NCBI GenBank assembly: GCA_050486505.1
Contig: JBJHDK010000004.1
Span: 2,548 to 66,547, forward strand
Source: Fibrobacteria bacterium
GTDB taxonomy: Bacteria > Fibrobacterota > Fibrobacteria > UBA11236
DNA length: 64,000 nt
Direction of reading: 5' to 3'
In this document: in pieces, positions 27,819 through 35,398 of the stretch
Numbering within the stretch: the first letter of the stretch is position 1
Layout: the number at the start of each line of letters is the position of its first letter
Program-made: the position numbers and the translations under genes
Notes under the pieces: model-generated
The model's database searches: none
What the model saw: only the letters and a program-made list of their open reading frames with translations
What the model was told of the DNA's origin: nothing

Positions 27819-30623
27819 ATGCTCAACGAAAAAAAGTTGGACGTCATTCTGGCGCTGACTGTATTCTTCGCCGCATTCTTCGTGTACCTGTCCACGATGG
27901 CACCCACAGTCTCCTGGTGGGACACCGGGGAATGGATCGCCTCGTCGTATGTCCTGGGAAACCCCCACCCCCCGGGGAATCCCCTTTTCACCTTGTTGGG
28001 ACGCGCCTTCGTCGTCGCCATGCCCATCTGGGAGAAAGCGGCGCGGATCAACTTCATCTCCGTGCTTACGATGGCCTTGAGCGCGATGGTCGCCTTCCTG
28101 TTCATCCTGAAGGCGATGCGCCTCATTTTCAACAAGGGAGGACTCAACCGCTTCGCCCTGTATTCGGGCGCCGTCATCGGTGGTTTCCTGGTCGCATTCT
28201 CCGACACGGTCTGGTTCAGCGCGGTGGAAACCGCCGCGTACAGCCCGGCGATGCTGATCGTGATGCTCACTGGCCTCCTGAGCCTGCATTGGTACGCGCG
28301 GCGCGGCACCCCGGCCGCTGACCGGCTTCTCCTTCTCATCGCCTATATCGGCTTTCTGGGCGTCGGCGTGCACATCTTCGCGTTCATCACCATCCCCGTG
28401 ATCGCGCTGTTCGTGCTCCTCGACAAGGAGTCCCGGTCCAACATCCCGCTCATCCTTGCGGGCGTGCTGCTGCTGTCCGTCATTTACGACATCGGCAACT
28501 TCGTCTTCTACGCCGCCGCCTCCCTCGCATTCTGCGTCACGGGGTATCTGGTTGCCCGTGCTCCCGAATGGCGTCGGCGCTGGTCGCTCGCGGGCTGGCT
28601 GAGCCTTGCCGCCATTCTCGGGTTCTCCACCTACATCTATGCCCCGGTCCGTTCCCACACCAATGTGTTGATCGACGAGGGCGCCCCCCGCACATGGCCC
28701 CTGCTGAAGGAGTACCTGGAACGCAAGCAGTACGGTTCCGAATCGATGCTGCGGCGAGCCTTCCATCGCCGCGCCCAGATCGGCCACCAGATCCTGATCC
28801 ACCCCCACATGGGCTACGGGGGCTATATGCTCTCGCAATACTTCCCCTGGAAGGTTGGCGATCGCAGCGAGGAAACCGTGGTCACCACCCGGAACCTCCT
28901 CGGCAAGGAGCTTGTCTTCCCGGAGCTGTACCGCTCGCTGCAGGGGCGAACCGGAACCCAAATCGGGCTTTTCCTGCTTCTGCAGATCCCCTTCATCTGG
29001 GGAGTCCTGCTCGCTTACCGCCGCAACCGAAAAATCGGCGCGTTCATCGGCGCGCTGTACGTCGCGACCAGTTACGGCCTCATCTTCTACCTCAACTTCG
29101 CGGATGGCACGCGCATGGAACTGCGCGACTACCAGTGGTGGAAGAGCACGGGATTCGACCCGAACCAGCAACCTCCCCCGGTTCACATGGAGGTGCGCGA
29201 ACGCGATTACTTCTTCACGCCCGGGTTCATGTACATGGGCATCCTGTTCGGCGTTTCGGCTGTCTTCCTGCTGAACTGGATCGCCTCCCGGCGCAGGTTG
29301 CTGCTGCGCCCGGCCGGCTTTGCCCTGATCGGCCTGGCCTTCGCTCTTCCCGTGTGGTCGAACTACCGTGAGCACGACCGCTCCCGCGACTTCGTGCCTT
29401 ACGACTACGCCTACAACCTGCTGAACTCCTGCCGTCCGAACTCGATCCTGTTCACCAACGGAGACAACGACACGTTCCCGCTCTGGTTCATGCAGCAGGT
29501 CGAGGGGATCCGTACCGACGTGCGCGTCGTGAACCTCTCGCTGGTGAACACCACCTGGTACATGCACCAGCTTTACGAGCACGAGCCGAAACTGAAAATC
29601 GGATTCACGCCCGAGGAGATCGAGAACCTCCGTCCGCAGCCGTGGCGCTTCCGCGGTCCGGTCGAGATCACGATTCCCGGAACGCAGATCCGCTACCAAC
29701 TGGACCCCCTCCCTTACCTTCGCGTTCAGGACATCATGGTGCTGCACATCGTGCAAAACAACTTCCCCGAGCGCCCTGTTCACTTCGCCGTCACCATCGG
29801 CGGCAACAACGCGATGGGCCTTGAGAGATTCACGGTCATGGAAGGCATGGTGTATACCCTCGTCGAAGAGCCGCGCGATCGAGAAATCGACGTCGTCGCC
29901 ACCGCCCGCCTCGTGGACTCTGTCTACCAGTTCCGCGGTCTCGGCGATCCCCGCGTGCACATCGACAAGACCACCGAGGGCTTGCTGACCAACTACTCCG
30001 CGACCAACTTCAGGCTGGCGGGGTGGGCACAGGACAGCCTCGAGAAAGTGATGCGGGAGCTGGAGCGCCTGCGCGGCCGCGATGGTCTGGGACGTGCCGA
30101 AACGGAGCGTCTTGCCGTCCTCGAAGAATCCCGCGAAGAAATGCTGGCCTTCGCCGAGCGCTACCTCGGGCTGAATGCGCGCATCCTCCCGGGTGAATGG
30201 CGCGTCCACTACTACCTGGGCCAGCTTTACCATCTCGCGGGCGAGCCCGGGAAGGCGGAATCGGCCTTCCGCGACGGCATGCGGACCCGCGGACCCGCGG
30301 CGAAGATTTTCGCCCTCAACCTGATGCAGCTCTTCATGGATGCCGGGCGAAGCGACGAGGCCAAGGCCGTGCTTTCCGAAATGACGGTGCGTTTTCCCGA
30401 GGATCTTGAAGTCGCATACCGTCTCGCGGAGATGTACCAGCAGGAAGGCGACTTCACCCGCGCGCGCGACATTCTTTCGAGATGGCTGCGGGCGAATCCC
30501 AATCACGAGTACGCGCGGCCCATCGAACAGCAGCTCCGCCAGCTGGAGTCGATGCCGCAGCGGGAGCTCCCGCCTCCGTCGCACGAGATCGAGGCTGAGA
30601 TTCCCGGCCTCCTTCCGGAGTAA
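27819..30623 (+). CDS. DUF2723 (TMEM260/TMTC-like, GT-C fold) polytopic membrane protein with C-terminal TPR repeats; putative lipid-linked-sugar-dependent (protein) glycosyltransferase
   Basis: 934-aa protein. The N-terminal 500-550 aa carry at least 10 TM helices and the DUF2723 hallmark VSWWDTGEW near the first loop. The C-terminal 300 aa form a TPR array (…YYLGQLYHLAGEPGKAESAFRDGM…AYRLAEMYQQEGDFTRARDIL…). It starts 9 nt after nusB. Confidence 0.75.
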   Translation: MLNEKKLDVILALTVFFAAFFVYLSTMAPTVSWWDTGEWIASSYVLGNPHPPGNPLFTLLGRAFVVAMPIWEKAARINFISVLTMALSAMVAFLFILKAMRLIFNKGGLNRFALYSGAVIGGFLVAFSDTVWFSAVETAAYSPAMLIVMLTGLLSLHWYARRGTPAADRLLLLIAYIGFLGVGVHIFAFITIPVIALFVLLDKESRSNIPLILAGVLLLSVIYDIGNFVFYAAASLAFCVTGYLVARAPEWRRRWSLAGWLSLAAILGFSTYIYAPVRSHTNVLIDEGAPRTWPLLKEYLERKQYGSESMLRRAFHRRAQIGHQILIHPHMGYGGYMLSQYFPWKVGDRSEETVVTTRNLLGKELVFPELYRSLQGRTGTQIGLFLLLQIPFIWGVLLAYRRNRKIGAFIGALYVATSYGLIFYLNFADGTRMELRDYQWWKSTGFDPNQQPPPVHMEVRERDYFFTPGFMYMGILFGVSAVFLLNWIASRRRLLLRPAGFALIGLAFALPVWSNYREHDRSRDFVPYDYAYNLLNSCRPNSILFTNGDNDTFPLWFMQQVEGIRTDVRVVNLSLVNTTWYMHQLYEHEPKLKIGFTPEEIENLRPQPWRFRGPVEITIPGTQIRYQLDPLPYLRVQDIMVLHIVQNNFPERPVHFAVTIGGNNAMGLERFTVMEGMVYTLVEEPRDREIDVVATARLVDSVYQFRGLGDPRVHIDKTTEGLLTNYSATNFRLAGWAQDSLEKVMRELERLRGRDGLGRAETERLAVLEESREEMLAFAERYLGLNARILPGEWRVHYYLGQLYHLAGEPGKAESAFRDGMRTRGPAAKIFALNLMQLFMDAGRSDEAKAVLSEMTVRFPEDLEVAYRLAEMYQQEGDFTRARDILSRWLRANPNHEYARPIEQQLRQLESMPQRELPPPSHEIEAEIPGLLPE

Positions 30624-31762
30624 TGCCCGTGCCGGAGGGGGCAACGCGTCCGCGCGTGCTGATCGTCAACTGGAGGGATATCCGCAACCCCGCGGCGGGC
30701 GGGGCGGAGGTTCACCTCCACGAGACGGCGCGCAGGCTCGTGCACAACGGCTTTGACGTCGTGCAATATGCGCACGCCTTCCCCGGCGGATCCGCCGAAG
30801 ACAATGTCGACGGCGTGGAAATCCACCGGAAGGGGAACGCGTTCCTCTTCAATTACACCGCCCTGCTCAATCTGCGCCGATGGGTGCGCCGCCACCGCAT
30901 CGATGTCGTGATCGACGACTCGAACAAGGTTTGTTTCCTGCTCCCGTTGGTTTCGCCGGTTCCGGTCGTGGCGCGCTTCCATCATCTTTTCGGACGTTCC
31001 ATTTTCCGGGAAGCCGGGTTTTTCCCCGCCCTGTACGTCTATCTCTTCGAGTGCATGATCGGCCCCGTGTATCGACGCACCCGCATCCTGACGGTATCGC
31101 CCAGTACACGCGCCGAATTGGAAGCCAAGGGCCTGCGGCGCATCACGATCGCGCTCAACGGCGTCGACCGCTCCGTGTACCGCGTGATTCCCGGAGCGGA
31201 GAAGATCCCTTTTCGCATCGTCCACATTGGGCGCATCAAGCGCTACAAGAAGCTCGACACCCTTCTTCACGCGCTGGTGCATGTGCGGCACGAGTTCCCG
31301 CAGGCGCATCTGGTGGTCGGAGGCGGGGGGAACGACCTCCCCGCGCTGCGCAGGCTTGCGCTCTCGCTCGGAATCGGGGATGCGGTCGATTTCCGGGGGT
31401 TCGTTTCCGAGGAAGAAAAGGTGCGGCTTTACAACGAGGCCCAGGTGTTCGTGAACGCCTCCCTGAAGGAGGGCTGGGGCCTGACGTCCGTCGAAGCCAA
31501 CGCCTGCGGGACACCCGTGGTCGCCACCGACGCGCCCGGTTTGCGCGACAGCGTGCGCCACGACGTGACCGGCCTGCTCGTGCCTCCCGATTCCCCGGAC
31601 AAGTTCGCTGCCGCAATCGTCAGCCTCCTCCGCGACCCGGAGCGGCTCTCGCGCATGCGGGAAGCGGCCATGGAGTGGGCTGCCGCGCACGATTGGGACC
31701 GCGCCGCCGGGGTTACGCGCGACGTCCTGCTTGAGGCGGTTTCCGGGAGATCCGCGCCATGA
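30623..31762 (+). CDS. Glycosyltransferase family 4 (GT-B, retaining)
   Basis: 379-aa protein with the GT4/EX7E-type C-terminal motif (…KEGWGLTSVEANACGTPVVATD…). Its start codon overlaps the upstream stop. Confidence 0.83.
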   Translation: MPVPEGATRPRVLIVNWRDIRNPAAGGAEVHLHETARRLVHNGFDVVQYAHAFPGGSAEDNVDGVEIHRKGNAFLFNYTALLNLRRWVRRHRIDVVIDDSNKVCFLLPLVSPVPVVARFHHLFGRSIFREAGFFPALYVYLFECMIGPVYRRTRILTVSPSTRAELEAKGLRRITIALNGVDRSVYRVIPGAEKIPFRIVHIGRIKRYKKLDTLLHALVHVRHEFPQAHLVVGGGGNDLPALRRLALSLGIGDAVDFRGFVSEEEKVRLYNEAQVFVNASLKEGWGLTSVEANACGTPVVATDAPGLRDSVRHDVTGLLVPPDSPDKFAAAIVSLLRDPERLSRMREAAMEWAAAHDWDRAAGVTRDVLLEAVSGRSAP

Positions 31763-32802
31763 CCACCGAAACCCCGAAGGAAGGCATGAAGCCGGAAGGG
31801 CGCCCCCCCGTCCCGGGCCGCTTCTGGTTCTGGACACGCGTCCTTGCCGTCATCGGCATCCTGTGGTGGGTGGTCGAGCGCAACGGCGGCGCACGCATCG
31901 CCCACGCGCTTCTCTCTGCTGATCCGCGTTGGGTCGCGGCGGCGGCGGCGGTCTTCTTTCTGTCGATCGTCCTCGCTGCCTGGCAATGGAGCCTGCTTCT
32001 GCGCATCCAGGGCATCCGTTTCGGATTCAAGGCATGTTTCAGGTCTTATTACTCGGGAATGTTCCTCAACAATTTTCTTCCCGGCACCGTCGGGGGAGAC
32101 GCCCTGCGCGTTTGGGACGTACATCGCCACGAAACTTCGCTGGGACGCGCCGCCGCTTCGACCCTGCTTGACCGCCTGATGGGTTTCAGTGCGCTGTCGT
32201 TCTTCTCCCTGATCGCGCTCGCCATCGAATTTCATCGGCAAGATCTCCCGCAGGGGTTGCTGGTGCACTTGTTGCAGGCGGTTGGGGCCGTTGCCGTCGC
32301 CTTTCTGTTTCTTCTTTTGCTGCTGCTCAGCAGGAGATTTTCGGGGGGACTCCACGCGATCATCCGTGCCCTCGGGTTGCAGCGACTCGGCAACATCCAC
32401 GCCAAGGTGCAAGATGCACTGATGGCCTACAAGGCTCGCTGGGGAAGCATCGGCATCGTCTTCCTGGTCGCCTGCACCGTCCAGCTGCTGCGAATCTCCG
32501 TGCACGCCTTTTGCGCCATGGCGCTCGGGCTTTCGCTCGCACCGGTGTTTTTCTTTTCGTTCATCCCCTTGATCGCGCTGACTGCCGTGCTCCCCTTGAA
32601 CGTGGGCGGTTGGGGCGTCCCGCAGGGGCTCGGCGCCTACCTTTACTCCCTGCCCGGAATCCTGGCCGTGTCGACGCTCGACCCGCGCGCCGCTGCGGCG
32701 GCGCTCGCCTTCCTTCCCACCGCCATCGGCATGGTGGTGATGCTCGGCGGGGGTATTTACCTTGTCTTCCGTCCCTCACAACCATCCCGGAAGGCCATGT
32801 GA
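31759..32802 (+). CDS. Flippase-like membrane protein, lysylphosphatidylglycerol-synthase TM-region family (UPF0104)
   Basis: 347-aa polytopic protein with the family's signature segment (…SYYSGMFLNNFLPGTVGGDALRVWD…). It overlaps the upstream GT4 gene by 4 nt. Confidence 0.72.
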   Translation: MTTETPKEGMKPEGRPPVPGRFWFWTRVLAVIGILWWVVERNGGARIAHALLSADPRWVAAAAAVFFLSIVLAAWQWSLLLRIQGIRFGFKACFRSYYSGMFLNNFLPGTVGGDALRVWDVHRHETSLGRAAASTLLDRLMGFSALSFFSLIALAIEFHRQDLPQGLLVHLLQAVGAVAVAFLFLLLLLLSRRFSGGLHAIIRALGLQRLGNIHAKVQDALMAYKARWGSIGIVFLVACTVQLLRISVHAFCAMALGLSLAPVFFFSFIPLIALTAVLPLNVGGWGVPQGLGAYLYSLPGILAVSTLDPRAAAAALAFLPTAIGMVVMLGGGIYLVFRPSQPSRKAM

Positions 32803-33752
32803 CGCGACTCAGTCTTGTTCTTCCCGCCTTCAACGAAGCGGAGAGCCTCCCCATCCTCCTGGAGGAGATCCGCTCGGTGTGCGAATCGGAGGGCATCGCC
32901 TACGAAGCCATCATCGTCGACGACGGCAGCACGGACGGCACCTTCGAGCGCGCCACCGAGGCCGCCTCCCGCGACTCGCGCGTCCATGCCGTGCGCTTCC
33001 GGCGCAACAGCGGCAAGGCGGCGGCGCTTGCCGAAGGGTTCCGGCGCGCGCAGGGCGAGTACGTCATCACCATGGACGCCGACCTGCAGGACAACCCGTC
33101 GGAAATTCCGGAACTGATCCGAATGCTGGAAGCCGGCTCCGACATGGTTTCAGGCTGGAAGAAAGTACGCCACGATCCCTGGCACAAGACTTTGCCCTCG
33201 AAGCTGTTCAACGCGGTCACGGCCATGGCTTCGGGCCTGCCCCTGCACGACTTCAATTGCGGGCTCAAGGCCTATCGCCGCGAGGTGGTGGAAAGCATCG
33301 AGCTCTACGGCGAGTTTCACCGGTACATCCCCGTGCTTGCACACTGGGACGGGTTCCGTGTCGAGGAGAAAGTCGTCGAGCATCGGGCACGGCGTTACGG
33401 AAACTCCAAATACGGTTGGGCGCGCCTGAGCAACGGATTGTTCGACCTGATCACCCTGCTCTTTCTTCACCGCTACACGCGCCGCCCGCTGCACCTGTTC
33501 GGCTTCGTCGGCATGTTGTTCACCGCGCTGGGGGTGGCGATTCTCGCCGGTTTCGGCATCAGCTGGCTCGCAACCGGAGCGCTGCACGTGCGGCCCCTGA
33601 TGCTCGGCGGCGTCGCCTTCATGCTGGTGGGCGTTCAATTCGTTTCGCTCGGACTGCTGGGGGAGCTGGTGAACCAGCGCTTCGCCGCGTCATCCCCCCC
33701 GCCCCCCGTCGCCCGCGAGACCCCTGGAGCGCCGCCGGCCCGGTCCCGATGA
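32799..33752 (+). CDS. GT2 polyprenol-phosphate glycosyltransferase (ArnC/GtrB/DPM1-like) with C-terminal TM anchor
   Basis: GTG start at 32799, overlapping the upstream stop (ATGTGA). The N-terminus VTRLSLVLPAFNEAESL…IIVDDGSTDGT…MDADLQDNP is followed by two C-terminal TM helices, as is typical of ArnC/GtrB. Confidence 0.83.
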   Translation: MTRLSLVLPAFNEAESLPILLEEIRSVCESEGIAYEAIIVDDGSTDGTFERATEAASRDSRVHAVRFRRNSGKAAALAEGFRRAQGEYVITMDADLQDNPSEIPELIRMLEAGSDMVSGWKKVRHDPWHKTLPSKLFNAVTAMASGLPLHDFNCGLKAYRREVVESIELYGEFHRYIPVLAHWDGFRVEEKVVEHRARRYGNSKYGWARLSNGLFDLITLLFLHRYTRRPLHLFGFVGMLFTALGVAILAGFGISWLATGALHVRPLMLGGVAFMLVGVQFVSLGLLGELVNQRFAASSPPPPVARETPGAPPARSR

Positions 33753-34591
33753 AAATCTTGGTCGCGGGCTGCAACGGCCTGCTCGGCCAGAACCTGCTCC
33801 GTTGCGCTCCGGCCGGGACGGAACTTCACGGACTGGCCCGGCATCCCGCGGCCCGGCTTCCGGGTCACCTGGCCTCCTTCCATTCCCGCGACATCACCGC
33901 CCCGGAAACATGGGACTTCGTTCGAGCGACGATCCGTCCCGAGCGGATCCTCAATGTCGCCGCGATCACCGATGTCGATGGCTGCGAACGTGCCCCTGTT
34001 GCATGTTCGCGCGTCAACCATGACGCCGTGAGCCTGATGACCGGAACGGGAATCCCGGTCGTGCAGCTTTCAACCGATTACGTGTTCGACGGAAGCTCCG
34101 GCCCCTACCGGGAGGAGGATGCAACGAATCCCCCCAATGCCTACGGCCGCATCAAGCTCGCCTCGGAGGCTCTTGCACTCGAGGGTTCTCCCGCCGGACT
34201 GGTGGTGCGCACCATGTGGGTTTGGGGCGAAGGAACGGGGACGAAGAAAAGCTTTCCGGCCTTTGTGGAGGAGACCTTGCGGGGTGGCGGCGTCGTGCGC
34301 GCCGTGACGGACCAGACCGGAAACCCGACGTGCGCGGAGGGCCTGGCGCGGGCGATCTGGGCCTTGGTGACGGGGGGGTGCTCCGGCGTCTATCACGTTG
34401 CGGGGAGCACTCTGCTGAGCCGCTTCGACTGGGCCCGGCACATCGCGGAATCGCGAGGGCTCGATGCATCCCGGATCGTTGCCGTAACCACGGCGGAGCT
34501 CGGACTCGCCGCACCACGGCCCTTGCGGTCGGGACTGGTCAGCGACAAGCTGTTCCGCGACACGGGGACCAGGTTGCAGGGCATCGAATAG
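33749..34591 (+). CDS. NAD(P)-dependent reductase, RmlD (dTDP-4-dehydrorhamnose reductase)-like
   Basis: MKILVAGCNGLLGQNL… Rossmann start and a STDYVFDG…Y…K catalytic-region pattern. ATG 33749 overlaps the upstream stop (ATGA). The track's 609-aa ORF is a frame fusion with the antisense strand and is rejected. Confidence 0.72.
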   Translation: MKILVAGCNGLLGQNLLRCAPAGTELHGLARHPAARLPGHLASFHSRDITAPETWDFVRATIRPERILNVAAITDVDGCERAPVACSRVNHDAVSLMTGTGIPVVQLSTDYVFDGSSGPYREEDATNPPNAYGRIKLASEALALEGSPAGLVVRTMWVWGEGTGTKKSFPAFVEETLRGGGVVRAVTDQTGNPTCAEGLARAIWALVTGGCSGVYHVAGSTLLSRFDWARHIAESRGLDASRIVAVTTAELGLAAPRPLRSGLVSDKLFRDTGTRLQGIE

Positions 34592-34690
34592 TCCCGTCGC
34601 CCCCAGTGCCCCCTGGCCGTCGCGGAATCGCGGACGATCCCCATCTTTCGCCTGCTATATTAGGCCCTCACGTCATCAGACCGGACTTCC

Positions 34691-35398
34691 ATGCCCAGAA
34701 CCCTCATCATCATCCCGACCTACAACGAGATCGAGAATCTCCCGCTGATGATTCCCGCTCTGGAGGCGCTTGACCTCGGACTCGAGGTTCTCGTCGTCGA
34801 CGATGGTTCGCCCGACGGCACCGGGGCCTGGGTCAGGGAGCAACAGGCCTCGAAGCCGCACCTGCACCTGATCGAGCGCTCCGGCAAACAGGGGCTCGGA
34901 TCCGCGTACGTCGCGGGGTTCAAATATGCGCTGGAGCGCGATTATGAACTCATCTTTGAAATGGACGCGGATTTCTCGCACGACCCGGCCTACATCAAGG
35001 ATTTTCTCGCTGCGATCCACGACGCGGACCTCGTCATCGGCAGCCGCTACATCAACGGCGTCAATGTCGTGAACTGGCCCATGAGCCGCCTGCTTCTGAG
35101 CTACTTCGCCAACATGTACGCACGGCTGGTGACCGGGCTTCCGGTCCGCGACGCCACGGGCGGATTCAAGTGCTTCCGCGCCGACGCCCTGCGCAAGCTC
35201 GACCTCGACCGCATCAGCTCGGGCGGCTACTCTTTCCAGATCGAAGTGAACTACAAGCTGTGGAAGAAGGGTTGCCGCATCCGCGAAATCCCCATCATCT
35301 TCAAGGACCGCACGTTGGGTGCCTCCAAAATGTCGGGGAAAATCATCAAGGAAGCCCTGTTCCTGCTGGTGAAGCTGCGCCTTGGCGGAGGAAAGTGA
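34691..35398 (+). CDS. Polyprenol monophospho-sugar synthase (dolichol-phosphate mannosyltransferase Dpm1-like, GT2), soluble form
   Basis: MPRTLIIIPTYNEIENL…VVDDGSPDGT…EMDADFSHDP…GGFKCFR. It aligns closely with Dpm1/Ppm1 catalytic domains. 235 aa with no TM segment. Confidence 0.85.
   Translation: MPRTLIIIPTYNEIENLPLMIPALEALDLGLEVLVVDDGSPDGTGAWVREQQASKPHLHLIERSGKQGLGSAYVAGFKYALERDYELIFEMDADFSHDPAYIKDFLAAIHDADLVIGSRYINGVNVVNWPMSRLLLSYFANMYARLVTGLPVRDATGGFKCFRADALRKLDLDRISSGGYSFQIEVNYKLWKKGCRIREIPIIFKDRTLGASKMSGKIIKEALFLLVKLRLGGGK

Noticed and set aside
32762-34591. 609-aa plus-strand ORF
   Set aside because: The frame runs through the GT2 gene out of frame, and only its last 280 aa (from ATG 33749) are the RmlD-like protein. 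The N-terminal part is Arg/Pro-rich noise.
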